Assembly (NCBI GenBank): GCA_046328115.1
Contig: JAXLXE010000002.1
Span: 59,578 to 123,577, forward strand
DNA length: 64,000 bases
Direction of reading: 5' to 3'
Source of the DNA: Chloroflexota bacterium
GTDB lineage: Bacteria; Chloroflexota; UBA6077; JACCZL01
Made by a program: the position numbers and the translations under genes. Positions 1 to 9,587 of this stretch are shown piece by piece (position 1 is the first letter of the stretch; the number at the start of each line of letters is the position of its first letter). Below the pieces are notes generated by a model. The model made no database searches. It saw only the letters and a program-made list of their open reading frames with translations, and was not told the origin of the DNA.

Positions 1-1293
1 GGCCAGATCCGCCAGGCCCAGGATCCGCTCGTTGGTGTCGGTCCGCTCAATGGTCCGCTGGTAGTACCGAACCAGCGAACCAGTCTCCATGCCGCCTGCG
101 AGCAGCACGACGGCCATCCACGCACGGGAAACTGGCGTCACGCCTAAGCGAGGTCGAAGCCAGTGCCAGAACCAGAAGCCGCCACACACCGCCACCGCCA
201 GCAGGGCCGGGACCACCGGCATCAGGTAGCGCGCGGTCAACAGCGTTCGGAACTTGGGATTGGCCGCCGGCATGACCGCCAGGAAGATGAGCACCGCCGC
301 CGCGATGAGCCACTCTCGTCGTCGCACCGAGAGGGCCACACCCGCGATAGCCAGAAGTGCCACGGCAATGCCCCACGGGTCCGCCAGGTACCAGAGCGTG
401 CTCGCCCGCTGATCGGCAGCGCCAGACAAGGCCCTCACCAGGAGTACCAGCATGGCGGACAGGGTCGGCGCGTAACCAGACGTTGCCGACTGATCGGCCC
501 CGTACTCGGCACGGATCCGCGAAGCGGTCGCGAGTGAATCACCACCGGTCCCGAGGTTATGCGCGATGACGTTTGCGTAGCCAACCAGGAACAGTCCCGC
601 ACCGAGCGCGGCGGGCCACCACGCGCGCCCGCGCACGACCTGGGACAGCGCGTATACGCCTGCCCCCGGCAGGATGGCGATCACGAGCGGATGGGTCTGT
701 AGAGCCAGGCCAAACGTAAGTCCGGCCAGCGGCAGATGGCCGCGCAATATCAACCACAGGCCCACGGTGGTAAGAAGCGGTGTCAGGCAGTTCGACCAGG
801 CAACGTGGCTGCTGACGACGATGTGCACGGCGTTCATGGCCAGCAGGGCCGCTGCCACCGCTCCAACAACGCGCGCCGCAATGGCTGACGTCACCGGCAG
901 AACCGCCACACACAGGTCGCGACCGAGGAAGTACGTAACCGCCACCGTGAGGCAACCGGCCCACATGATTAGGAATCGCGGGGCGAGCGGATGCTCGCCG
1001 GAGACTACGAAAGCGAGCGCGACGAGGTAGTTGTAGAGCGACCCGTAGTACGAATCGTAGTTCGTAAGCGGCAGGAGGCCTTCCCGGACGATCCGCAGGC
1101 TGTGCAACACCTCGAGCGTCTCGTCCGTGAACCGCGGCACCAGCGATAACATGGGCAGGCGTGCGAGGAGCGCCACGACCAGGACCACGAGGAGGAATGG
1201 ACCGTCAAGCCGAGGCGAGATCCATCCGCCCCCTACGGGAGACCGTTGGCCCGCCAACGAGACCGTGGAGGCGTCGGCGATGGTCCTGGACAT
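1..1293 (-). CDS. GT-C fold membrane glycosyltransferase (ArnT/PMT_2-like), C-terminus beyond left window edge
   Basis: Absent from the ORF track because the stop lies outside the window. My own minus-strand translation from the ATG at 1293 is open to position 1: MSRTIADASTVSLAGQRSPVGGGWISPRLDGPFLLVVLVVALLARLPMLSLVPRFTDETLEV...NYDSYYGSLYNYLVALAFVV.... Many hydrophobic helices, typical of the ArnT/PMT N-terminus. Confidence 0.65.
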   Translation of the reverse strand, partial: MSRTIADASTVSLAGQRSPVGGGWISPRLDGPFLLVVLVVALLARLPMLSLVPRFTDETLEVLHSLRIVREGLLPLTNYDSYYGSLYNYLVALAFVVSGEHPLAPRFLIMWAGCLTVAVTYFLGRDLCVAVLPVTSAIAARVVGAVAAALLAMNAVHIVVSSHVAWSNCLTPLLTTVGLWLILRGHLPLAGLTFGLALQTHPLVIAILPGAGVYALSQVVRGRAWWPAALGAGLFLVGYANVIAHNLGTGGDSLATASRIRAEYGADQSATSGYAPTLSAMLVLLVRALSGAADQRASTLWYLADPWGIAVALLAIAGVALSVRRREWLIAAAVLIFLAVMPAANPKFRTLLTARYLMPVVPALLAVAVCGGFWFWHWLRPRLGVTPVSRAWMAVVLLAGGMETGSLVRYYQRTIERTDTNERILGLADLA

Positions 1294-1389
1294 CAGCGTC
1301 CACGGTGGTACTACCGAGGCGTCCGCCGTGTCAACGGCCCGAATTGCCTCATAAGAAAACTTCTCGAAGGCAGAGACGATGCCTCAGAA

Positions 1390-2630
1390 CAAAGCTTCTC
1401 GAACGGGAGGCTGGAACGGTGGGGCGAGCGAGTGTGCGCGAGCTGGTGGCGGCGTTACGGCCACGCTATCAACGGGCCGCCAAACGGGATCGTGGACGGA
1501 TCCTGGATGAGTTTTGCGCGGCGACCGGGTACCACCGGGTGTATGCCCGGTCACTGCTCGGTCGGGTGGCCCATGCCCCGCGCCCCACGGGCGCGCGGCG
1601 CGGCGGGCGCCCACCGCTCTATGGTCCCGAGGACCGGTTGCTGCTGGAGCTGTGCTGGGAGTTGACCGATGGCGTGTGCAGCAAGCGGTTGGCGCCGTTT
1701 CTGGGCACCCTGGTGGCCAAGCTGGCGCGACTGGGAGCGCTCCCCGAGGAGTTGACGCCGGCCGTGCAGGCGCGCGTGGCGGGGATGAGCGCGTCGACGA
1801 TCGATCGGCTGCTGCGCGCGACGCGGGCGGTCTGGCCGGTGCGGGGTCGGGCGACGACGAAGCCGGGCAGCCTGCTGCGGAGCCAGGTGGCGATTCGGAC
1901 ATTCGCGGACTGGGATGAGGCGAAGCCGGGGTTTCTGGAGGTGGATCTGGTGGCGCACAGTGGAGCGAGCGGGGCCGGGGAGTTCGCGTTCACGCTGAGC
2001 GGGGTGGATGTGGCGACCGGCTGGATCAGCCTTGAGGCGGTGCGGAACAAGAGCGAGCTGGCCGTGTTCGCGGCGTTCGAGCGGTTGCGGGAGCGGCTGC
2101 CATTCCCGTTGCGTGGGATCGACTGCGACAACGGTGGGGAGTTCATCAACCACAACATGCGGCGATACTGCGAGCAGGAGCGAATCACGCTGACGCGGAG
2201 TCGCCCGTATCGGAAGAACGACAACTGCTACATCGAGCAGAAGAACTGGAGCGTGGTGCGGCGCCTGGTCGGGTACGCACGATTCGAGGCCGGTGCGCTG
2301 CCGACGCTGGAGGCGTTGTACGCGGTGGCGCGGGACCATGTGAACTACTTGCAGCCGGTCCGGAAGCTGGTGACCAAAGACCGTGACGGAGCGAAGGTGA
2401 GACGGCAGTACGACGCGGCGCAGACACCGTACCAGCGGGTACTGGCGGACCAGCACGTGGACGAGCACGTGAAGGCGACGTTGACCGAGCATGACGAAGG
2501 ACTGCATCCGGTGCAGGTGAAGCTGGCGATGGAGGAGCTCCAGACCAAGCTGTATGGCCATGCGGTCAGAGTCGGTCGAGAAGCATCGGTTGTGACGCAG
2601 CGAACCGACGAAAGGAAGATTTAGTTTTGA
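1390..2630 (+). mobile_element. Single-ORF insertion sequence (ends not resolved)
   Basis: Carries one DDE/rve transposase gene. The only inverted-repeat candidate is gcttctcgaNcg at 1394-1405 versus its complement at 2573-2584. No clear target duplication, so the boundaries are approximate. Confidence 0.35.
1419..2624 (+). CDS. DDE transposase with integrase (rve) catalytic core
   Basis: D..D..E context: VDLVAHSG / GIDCDNGGEFINH / RSRPYRKNDNCYIEQKNW. Start re-placed at GTG 1419, 8 nt after GGGAGG. The track start at 1161 would overlap the divergent GT-C gene. Confidence 0.8.
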   Translation: MGRASVRELVAALRPRYQRAAKRDRGRILDEFCAATGYHRVYARSLLGRVAHAPRPTGARRGGRPPLYGPEDRLLLELCWELTDGVCSKRLAPFLGTLVAKLARLGALPEELTPAVQARVAGMSASTIDRLLRATRAVWPVRGRATTKPGSLLRSQVAIRTFADWDEAKPGFLEVDLVAHSGASGAGEFAFTLSGVDVATGWISLEAVRNKSELAVFAAFERLRERLPFPLRGIDCDNGGEFINHNMRRYCEQERITLTRSRPYRKNDNCYIEQKNWSVVRRLVGYARFEAGALPTLEALYAVARDHVNYLQPVRKLVTKDRDGAKVRRQYDAAQTPYQRVLADQHVDEHVKATLTEHDEGLHPVQVKLAMEELQTKLYGHAVRVGREASVVTQRTDERKI

Positions 2631-2676
2631 CGCAGAACGCGCCGGGCACGGACCGCGCCACCGCTATACTCCGAGC

Positions 2677-2931
2677 ATGTCAGACTGGCCGACCATGCGC
2701 TCAGATAGTGCGTTTGCGCCTCCGGCGCGCTCCGAACACCACCGTCTCGTTGTGACCCTCGACGCTGGGGGGGAGGTACGCGCCGTCATGTTGGACGGCG
2801 ATTCGGTCTGGCCGGGCTGGTTCAAGATCGAATGGAAGGGCGACGGTCAGCTGTCCGCGAAAGTCGGCGGCGTGCGGCTGTCGACGCGAGCGGGCGACGA
2901 CATCGTCATCGAGCGCGACGAGGCGGTCTGA
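2677..2931 (+). CDS. Hypothetical small protein (84 aa)
   Basis: ATG ORF with high third-position GC and a non-repetitive, beta-rich-looking sequence. No family recognised. Confidence 0.4.
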   Translation: MSDWPTMRSDSAFAPPARSEHHRLVVTLDAGGEVRAVMLDGDSVWPGWFKIEWKGDGQLSAKVGGVRLSTRAGDDIVIERDEAV

Positions 2932-2932
2932 A

Positions 2933-4108
2933 TCAGCTCCGCGTTGGCGGCGCGGTCCGCTGGGTGTTCACCGGAGCGAAAACCACCGGGGCGGCGCCAC
3001 CGGTTCTCATTGAGGCGCCGGCGGGCCGTGGCGCCGCCGCAGAGCCGCCGGGCCGGCTCATGGGGTGCAGGTAGTTCGGAGAGCCGGCAGGTTTCGGGAA
3101 CCCAAAGATCCGGTCGTAGGTAGGGCTGCCGCGCTGGATGGTGCCGTCTGAGTACGGCGCGAACATCCAGAAGTCGTTCTTGTGCGGATCCCAGAACAAC
3201 GGCGTGGCAGCGACGATGCGCGGGTCCTGCAGCCAGTCGCGATAAGCGCGCTCGAAGAAATCCGCCGTGGCGAACTGGTCGCCCGTCTCCATCAGGCCAG
3301 ACTCCGTGATGATCACGGCCATATCGCGCCCGATAGCCTCTAGCTCCGGCTGGTACGCCAGGTGCGTGAACCGCAGCCCGTCGCCCCCCGACGGGACGCG
3401 ATACGGGTTTGATGCCCACGCCGCCAGTCGATCGAAGATGTTCGGCACGGCCGCCTTCATGCCGCCGATGAACTCGTAGGCGTCCTGCATCTTCGGCAGC
3501 TCTGTGTGATTCGACGCATCCAGCGGGGCGTTCACAATCCGAAAACGCGGCGATCCTTCGAAGGTCTTGATGAATTTATCCAGGTACCGAGCGTAGTCGG
3601 CGGCATCCACCTCACCGCCCCACTCAAAACCGAGGTTGGGCTCATTGCCCACGATCACGTACACGTACTCCGTGGGCCAGTTGCCGGCCTCCAGGAACGC
3701 CTTCCAGCGAGCCGGATCATCCGGCTCCGGGCGCTTCCAACGCTCGATGGAATCGTCGTGGTGCGTGGCAACCCTGATGATGGGATGCAGATGGAATTCG
3801 TAGCAGCGATCCAGGAACTGGCTGCGGATGGTCTCAGCGTTGGGAGCATCGCGATCCGCGTCTGTCCAGGTGATCGTGATGTAGCCCCAATCGCCGCCTG
3901 CGCTGTTGGCCAGCCCGCCCGAAGCAGCGACGAATCGCTCCTGGCTGAGCCGCCCCACGTTGATGCCAAACGGGTTGTTCTCCGGTATGGCAACTTGAAC
4001 CTGTGCCGACGAAGGGGTGGGACCACCAAAGGCAAGCGTCAGCGGCAACGACAGCGCGAGGCGCACCCAGAACAAGCCACATACCCTGCGGAACCGATTT
4101 AACTGCAC
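2933..4108 (-). CDS. Secreted glycoside-hydrolase-like TIM-barrel protein (clan GH-A / GH5-like)
   Basis: Signal-like N-terminus from GTG 4108 (VQLNRFRRVCGLFWVRLALSLPLTLAFGG). VIVGNEPNLGFEWGG motif (NEP acid/base context). Paralogous to the protein at 41514-42965. Confidence 0.65.
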   Translation of the reverse strand: MQLNRFRRVCGLFWVRLALSLPLTLAFGGPTPSSAQVQVAIPENNPFGINVGRLSQERFVAASGGLANSAGGDWGYITITWTDADRDAPNAETIRSQFLDRCYEFHLHPIIRVATHHDDSIERWKRPEPDDPARWKAFLEAGNWPTEYVYVIVGNEPNLGFEWGGEVDAADYARYLDKFIKTFEGSPRFRIVNAPLDASNHTELPKMQDAYEFIGGMKAAVPNIFDRLAAWASNPYRVPSGGDGLRFTHLAYQPELEAIGRDMAVIITESGLMETGDQFATADFFERAYRDWLQDPRIVAATPLFWDPHKNDFWMFAPYSDGTIQRGSPTYDRIFGFPKPAGSPNYLHPMSRPGGSAAAPRPAGASMRTGGAAPVVFAPVNTQRTAPPTRS

Positions 4109-4277
4109 GTTTTGCTCACTTTTGGGCGAGTTTCGGGACGATGCGGGGTGGTTTTTAGCATGTTTTGCGCCGCGGGCACAGTCCGGCGCCATGGTACAAT
4201 CGGCCAACGGGCGGCCCCGTTGCGGCCACGGTGTGAGATTGCCCCCGTGACTCCTGGTCGGGGTAAGCTGAGCCACG

Positions 4278-5093
4278 ATGATCGAGATCAACCTAGAACC
4301 GGTGTTGCTTCGCCTCGGGGTACTAGTGGTGACATGGCACGGGTTCTTTACCGCGGTTGGAGTGCTCTGCGGGATCCAGCTCGCTACGCGGCTCAGCTAC
4401 GAGTACGGATACACCGAGGATGACATTATGTCGATCGCGCTGTGGGCCGTGATCGGCGGGATCGTCGGCGCACGGCTGCTCCACGTGATCGATCAGTGGG
4501 ACTACTACCTCCAGGATCCCTTAGCCATCCTCCGCATCAATGAGGGGGGTCTCGCCATCTGGGGGACCATTATTGGCGGGCCCCTGGCGGGGGTGCTCTA
4601 CGGCTGGTGGAAGAAGCTCTCCATCCCCACGCTGTTGGATACGTGCGGCATGGGCCTGGTGTTGGGCATGGCCATCGGCCGCCTGGGCGACATCGTAAAC
4701 GGTGAGCACCATGGCGCTGACGCGTCCGTCCCCTGGTCGGTGACCTACACCCACCCGAACACGCTGGGTGATCTGAACGTACCGGTCCACCTGGCCGTAG
4801 GCTACGAGCTGATCTGGGATGTCCTGGTGATGGCCATCTGCATGATGCTCATGGCCAGGAAAGCGCTTCCACGGCACGGCATGGCCTTCTGGCTCATGAT
4901 CGCGCTGTATTCGCTGGGCCGCTTCTTCGTGCAGTTCTTCCGGCTGGATACGCCATTCCTCTGGGGGTTGAGCCAGGCCCAACTACTGTCGTTCCTGGTA
5001 GGTGCCCTGGCCATCTGGATCGTGGTCTACCTGGGGGCCAGCGCTAATCGCGCCGCGGGTCAGGCGCCGCTTACGTCGGGCGGCGCGAACTAG
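4278..5093 (+). CDS. lgt: Prolipoprotein diacylglyceryl transferase
   Basis: 271 aa polytopic protein with Lgt hallmarks: HGFFTAVGVL, GARLLHVI, GGLAIWG, GRLGDIVNGEHHG. Confidence 0.9.
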   Translation: MIEINLEPVLLRLGVLVVTWHGFFTAVGVLCGIQLATRLSYEYGYTEDDIMSIALWAVIGGIVGARLLHVIDQWDYYLQDPLAILRINEGGLAIWGTIIGGPLAGVLYGWWKKLSIPTLLDTCGMGLVLGMAIGRLGDIVNGEHHGADASVPWSVTYTHPNTLGDLNVPVHLAVGYELIWDVLVMAICMMLMARKALPRHGMAFWLMIALYSLGRFFVQFFRLDTPFLWGLSQAQLLSFLVGALAIWIVVYLGASANRAAGQAPLTSGGAN

Positions 5094-5141
5094 GCGGAGC
5101 CTCGGGATCCGGCAGTTTGTCACGCCGTGGCCGGGTCCGAG

Positions 5142-6536
5142 TTACCAGACGAAGACGAACAGTAGGTCGTTGACGTTCGTGTTCGTCGGCCCGGTGAGCA
5201 GGAGATCGCCGAGCGGGCCGAAGAAGTTGTAGGCGTCGTTGTCCGCCAGGTGGTGGTCCGGATCGATGTCCAGCGCGCGTGCGCGGGCGATGGTCTGCCC
5301 GTCAACCAGGGCACCCGCCGCGTCGCACGGGCCGTCGTTTCCGTCGGTCGCCAGTGCCGCGATGATGACGTCAGGCAGCCCGGAGATCTTCTCGGCCGCG
5401 GCCAGCGCCAGCTCCTGATTGCGTCCGCCCACGCCCTGCCCACGCACGTGAACGGTGGTCTCGCCGCCAAGCACAAGGCAGCACGGCAGGGGGAGTGGTC
5501 GCGCCTCCGCGCGCTCCTCGCGGGCCAGCGCGGCCACGACCTTTGCCACCTCGCGCGCCTCTCCCTCAACGTACGTGGAGAGGAGCAGCGCGTTCAAGCC
5601 GCGGCGACGCGCTTCAGCGATGGCGGCCTCCGCCGCGATGGTGTTGCTCCCGACGACGACGGTCTGGGTGCGCTCGAACATCGGATCCCCATCCTTGGGA
5701 GTATCCGGCAATGAGCCGCCGCGGCCCGCCCTTAAGCGGCGCGCAACACTGGTGGGCAATCGATCCCAGACGCCAAGTCGATCGACGATAGTGCATGCGT
5801 CCTCAAACGTGCTCGCGTCCGGCACCGTGGGTCCGGATGCGATCACGTCCAGCGGATTGCCAACGACGTCGGAGAGTACCAGCGCGATGAGCCGTGCTGG
5901 TTGTGCTAGCCTGGCGAGTCCTCCGCCCTTGACCGAGTCCAGGTGCTTGCGGACCGTGTTGAGCTCGTTGATCGTCGCGCCCTCGCGAAGGAGCAAATCC
6001 GTCGTGCGCTGGATGTCAGCCAACGAGATGCCCTCTGCAGGCAGGCTGAGCAGCGCTGATCCTCCCCCGGAGATCACGACGATGACGAGATCATCCTCCG
6101 CGGTGGTGCCCAGCATCTGCGCGATCTCCGCCGTGCCGGCGGCCCCGGCCTCGTCCGGGATGGGGTGTCCGGCCTCGCGCAGGGTAACCCGGGTGGTTCG
6201 CGCGGTGTGGCCGTACTTAACTACCACGAGACCGCCGCTAACCACGGAGCCCAGAACGTCTTCCACGGCTGCCGCCATGGGCGCGCTGGCCTTACCCGCC
6301 CCCACGACGATGACTCGCCGGCAGGAGCGCAGGTCGTACTCGCGACCGTCGAGGCTGAGCCTGTGCCCGTCCCGTCGTAGGGCGCGTCGCACCGCCTCAC
6401 CCGGCTCCACCGCTTCCAACGCGGCCATCATCACAGCGGCCGCGGTCTCGCGCTGCTCTCGGTCGGCCTGGCCTTGCCACAGTCGGGCATCGAATGACAG
6501 CGGCCGTGCCGCCGCGCCCTCGGCCTCCGCCATCAC
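5142..6536 (-). CDS. Glycerate 2-kinase / hydroxypyruvate-reductase-type protein (DUF4147 + MOFRL)
   Basis: 464 aa with VVGAGKASAPMA, GHPIPDEAG, VISGGGSALL and a C-terminal MOFRL-like ATDGNDGP. ATGA overlap with the upstream VOC gene. Confidence 0.8.
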   Translation of the reverse strand: MMAEAEGAAARPLSFDARLWQGQADREQRETAAAVMMAALEAVEPGEAVRRALRRDGHRLSLDGREYDLRSCRRVIVVGAGKASAPMAAAVEDVLGSVVSGGLVVVKYGHTARTTRVTLREAGHPIPDEAGAAGTAEIAQMLGTTAEDDLVIVVISGGGSALLSLPAEGISLADIQRTTDLLLREGATINELNTVRKHLDSVKGGGLARLAQPARLIALVLSDVVGNPLDVIASGPTVPDASTFEDACTIVDRLGVWDRLPTSVARRLRAGRGGSLPDTPKDGDPMFERTQTVVVGSNTIAAEAAIAEARRRGLNALLLSTYVEGEAREVAKVVAALAREERAEARPLPLPCCLVLGGETTVHVRGQGVGGRNQELALAAAEKISGLPDVIIAALATDGNDGPCDAAGALVDGQTIARARALDIDPDHHLADNDAYNFFGPLGDLLLTGPTNTNVNDLLFVFVW

Positions 6537-7414
6537 TTGATGTACTGAAGGAACTGGAAGTTCAGACCAAATAGCTCGGAGCCCGGGATAGTGGATGAGT
6601 ACGTGCCCGGCAGGGTGCCGATGGCAGGCTCAGATGGGGAGAATCCTGCAGCGCGGGCCATCCGGGCGCACGCCTGGATGTCATCCACCTCGCACGACAC
6701 GCTGCTGCCCAGGCCCTGAGGCCGCGACGCGGCCGGGCTGTCAGCCGAGGCGGGCGCGATGAGCTCAAGCATCACGTCGCCGATCTTGAGCTGGTGCAGC
6801 ACAATGCGCTCATTGCTGACTACGCCCACCCTGGGCACGCCCATCACGGTGTCCCAGTAGCGCGTGGTGTCTTCTAGCTGGTGGGTCACGGCCGCCAGGT
6901 GATCCACGCGCTTGATGGGAAGGGTGTGATTGAGGTGGCCGAGATTGGTCCGCATGGAGGTGCGCTCTCGCTGACTGAAGCGATTCTGCACCAGCATGAC
7001 CGTGCAGGCCGCCACGTCCGGCAGGTCGAGCAGCGCCAGATCGCAAATCGCGATGCCGTCCGTATCCGCGTACGGCTCCGCCACGCTTCCCACGCCCTTA
7101 CCGGATAGCTTGCGCATGGCATCCACCAGGTTTGGCACGCGAAGCCCCACGAGGCACAACCCCGATCCGTGCTCCAACGCGTCCAAGATATGCCTACCCA
7201 GGATGCTCCGGCGCGCCGCCGCCGCATCGTGGATACCGAACAGCTCAATGGCGAACAGGTTCTCGCCATGTCCAACGAACACGACACGATTCACCAGCCC
7301 GCAGGTGAACGTGCGGGCCGGCGACAGTTTCAAACCTAGACGCTCGAATGGGGCGGCCGCCTCCTCCACGGAGCGCACGGGCAGAAATACGTGGTCAATT
7401 CCTTCGTACTGCAT
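6533..7414 (-). CDS. VOC (glyoxalase/bleomycin-resistance/dioxygenase) family protein, two-domain
   Basis: IDHVFLPV...FERLGL and VDHLAAVTH modules. Start re-placed at ATG 7414 (MQYEGIDHV), 17 nt after the upstream stop. Confidence 0.7.
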   Translation of the reverse strand: MQYEGIDHVFLPVRSVEEAAAPFERLGLKLSPARTFTCGLVNRVVFVGHGENLFAIELFGIHDAAAARRSILGRHILDALEHGSGLCLVGLRVPNLVDAMRKLSGKGVGSVAEPYADTDGIAICDLALLDLPDVAACTVMLVQNRFSQRERTSMRTNLGHLNHTLPIKRVDHLAAVTHQLEDTTRYWDTVMGVPRVGVVSNERIVLHQLKIGDVMLELIAPASADSPAASRPQGLGSSVSCEVDDIQACARMARAAGFSPSEPAIGTLPGTYSSTIPGSELFGLNFQFLQYIK

Positions 7415-7430
7415 GGCCCAGTGTAGCACC

Positions 7431-8030
7431 CTAGCCGCGCAGCCAGGCCTGCCAGGCATCCCAGCCAATGATGAGCCGGGCGAGGTCCGCGTAGCCGCCA
7501 GCATTGGGGTGGATTCCATCGCCTCGCGTCGGCTCCTCGAGCCACGGGCGAGAGCTCAACAACGCGTCGTACACCCGCAGCATCGGTATCCCCAGGTCCG
7601 CGCAGAGGGCTGCATAGCGCTCGTCCAGCACCCGAGCGCGCTGATTCCGCTCGTCGTCGGGACTGGGGGTCAAACCAACCAGCAGCGTGGGACAGCGCCG
7701 GGAAGCCTCCGACAGGATCGCCCGAGCGTGATCCACCGATCGGTCGGGCGCAATGCGCGGCTGTCCATGCTCGATGGTCAGGTCGTTGGCGCCAAAGGAG
7801 AAGACAAGCCGCCCCTCAGCCGGCGTAGGCAGCCGTGGCCGGACCTCAGCGGACCAACGCGCGAGGATGTCCGCCGTGGTCTCCCGTCGGATGCCAAGGT
7901 TGTAGTACGTGAGGTCGTGACCATCTTCCCGCGCGGCGGCGCACACGCGCCCGCTCCAGCCCAGACACGCGTCATCGCCCGTCCCATTCACGAACGAGTC
8001 GCCGACGAAGCAGACCCGCAGCGTCGCCAT
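7431..8030 (-). CDS. SGNH/GDSL hydrolase family protein
   Basis: Block I VCFVGDSFVNG, block III FGANDL, block V DGIHPN. Start taken at MATLRV. Confidence 0.75.
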   Translation of the reverse strand: MATLRVCFVGDSFVNGTGDDACLGWSGRVCAAAREDGHDLTYYNLGIRRETTADILARWSAEVRPRLPTPAEGRLVFSFGANDLTIEHGQPRIAPDRSVDHARAILSEASRRCPTLLVGLTPSPDDERNQRARVLDERYAALCADLGIPMLRVYDALLSSRPWLEEPTRGDGIHPNAGGYADLARLIIGWDAWQAWLRG

Positions 8031-8088
8031 CCCAGCCCCTCCCGGCATCGGCCAGCAGTATGGCGGGAAGTATGGGCGCCCGGCTGGA

Positions 8089-8817
8089 CTACACCGCCAG
8101 GAACTCGTCCACCATGGCGTCCGTCAGGTCCTCAGTGGCCCCGGACGCGACGATCACGCCACGCTCGAGCATGTGGAATCGATCGCAGACGCCAACGGCG
8201 AAGTCCAGGAACTGCTCCACGAGCAGAATGGTCAGCCCCTGTTCGCGTAGGCGGACCAGCACGGATTCGATGTGGTCCACGATGGACGGCTGGATCCCCT
8301 CCGTGGGCTCGTCCAGGATCAGGATTCGGGGGCGTCCGGCGAGCGAGCGCGCTATGGCGAGCTGCTGAAGCTGGCCGCCGCTGAGCGTTCCCGCGATCCG
8401 GTGCCGCATCTCGGCCAGGACGGGGAAGAGGCCGTACAGCTCCTCGATGGTCTCCGCCCGATCCGCCGCCCTCGACGTGCGTGACTCAAAACCCATCAGC
8501 AGGTTCTCGAACACGGACAGGTGGCCAAAGATCCCGCGTCCCTGCGGCACGTAGCCAAGCCCCATCCTGGCGCGACGGTGGGGGGGCGACCCCGTGACGT
8601 CCGTGCCATCGATCGCGATCTGGCCCTCACGCGGCTTGATGAGCCCCACGACCGACTTCACGAGCGTGGTCTTGCCAACACCGTTGCGTCCCAGGAGGCA
8701 CACGGCATCGCCCGCGGCCAGGCCAAACGTCACATCGGTGAGGATCTGGCTCTGCCCGTACCCCGCCGTCAATCCAGTGACGGAGAGTATCGATGTTGAT
8801 CCGGCGTCGCTCGTCAC
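8089..8817 (-). CDS. urtE: Urea ABC transporter ATP-binding protein UrtE
   Basis: Walker A GRNGVGKTT, signature LSGGQLQ, Walker B ILILDEP. Last gene of the urtABCDE order. Confidence 0.85.
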   Translation of the reverse strand: MTSDAGSTSILSVTGLTAGYGQSQILTDVTFGLAAGDAVCLLGRNGVGKTTLVKSVVGLIKPREGQIAIDGTDVTGSPPHRRARMGLGYVPQGRGIFGHLSVFENLLMGFESRTSRAADRAETIEELYGLFPVLAEMRHRIAGTLSGGQLQQLAIARSLAGRPRILILDEPTEGIQPSIVDHIESVLVRLREQGLTILLVEQFLDFAVGVCDRFHMLERGVIVASGATEDLTDAMVDEFLAV

Positions 8818-9587
8818 GCCACCCTCCGCCTGCCATGGCTCTTACCATGGCCCAGGTACGCCTCGATCACGCGGGGATCATTCTGCACCGCGTCCATCGT
8901 GCCCTCGCTCAGCAGGGATCCCAGGTGCAGCACGGTGACCGTGCGAGCTAGCTGGCGCACGAACGCCATGTCATGCTCCACGATCAGGACAGTCCGACTG
9001 GGATACGTCTCCTGGAGCCGGTTCAGCAGGTCCACGGTCTGGTCTCGCTCCACGCGGGTCATGCCAGCCACGGGCTCGTCCAGCAGGAGCACGTCTGGCT
9101 CTACCACCTGCAGCATGGCAATCTCCAGCCACTGCTTCTGACCGTGAGACAGCGTACCCGCGACCGCACCGGCTTGAGACGAAAGTCCCACCAGATCCAG
9201 GGTTGCCTGGAGGCGCTCCCGCTCCGACTGGGGCAGACGCGTGACGGAGCCAACCAATCCCGATCGGGCCGCGATGGCGACTTCCAGATTCTCCCACACG
9301 GTGATGCTGGGGAAAATCGTGGGCGTCTGGAACTTCCGCGAGATCCCAAGGCGGGCGATCTGATGCTCCTGCATGCGGGTGAGGTCCTGCCCGCGAAACC
9401 TGGCCTCACCCTGCGCGGGCCGCGTTCGCCCGGTGATCACGTCCAGGAGTGTCGTCTTGCCGGCGCCGTTCGGCCCGATGACGAACCGAATCTCGCCCGG
9501 CGCCAACGCTAGGGACAGGTGATCCAGCACGGTGAGTCCGTCGAACCGCACAACGATGTCTCGGAGTACCAGTCCATCGTCGGTCAC
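8814..9587 (-). CDS. urtD: Urea ABC transporter ATP-binding protein UrtD
   Basis: GPNGAGKTT, LSHGQKQWLE, LLLDEP. 4-nt overlaps with both neighbours. Confidence 0.85.
   Translation of the reverse strand: MTDDGLVLRDIVVRFDGLTVLDHLSLALAPGEIRFVIGPNGAGKTTLLDVITGRTRPAQGEARFRGQDLTRMQEHQIARLGISRKFQTPTIFPSITVWENLEVAIAARSGLVGSVTRLPQSERERLQATLDLVGLSSQAGAVAGTLSHGQKQWLEIAMLQVVEPDVLLLDEPVAGMTRVERDQTVDLLNRLQETYPSRTVLIVEHDMAFVRQLARTVTVLHLGSLLSEGTMDAVQNDPRVIEAYLGHGKSHGRRRVA

Noticed and set aside
1161-1418. 5' extension of the transposase ORF (track start at 1161)
   Set aside because: It would overlap the divergent GT-C gene start by over 130 nt and would encode an Arg/Pro-rich, non-conserved-looking peptide. 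GTG 1419 has a GGGAGG SD.
5455-6540. 361 aa plus-strand ORF antisense to glycerate kinase
   Set aside because: The product is a Ser/Arg/Ala/Thr low-complexity sequence. The opposite strand encodes a full-length MOFRL-family protein.
6996-8384. 462 aa plus-strand ORF across the VOC, SGNH and urtE genes
   Set aside because: It is antisense to three well-supported genes. The sequence is Arg/Pro/Ser/Ala-rich and has no SD.
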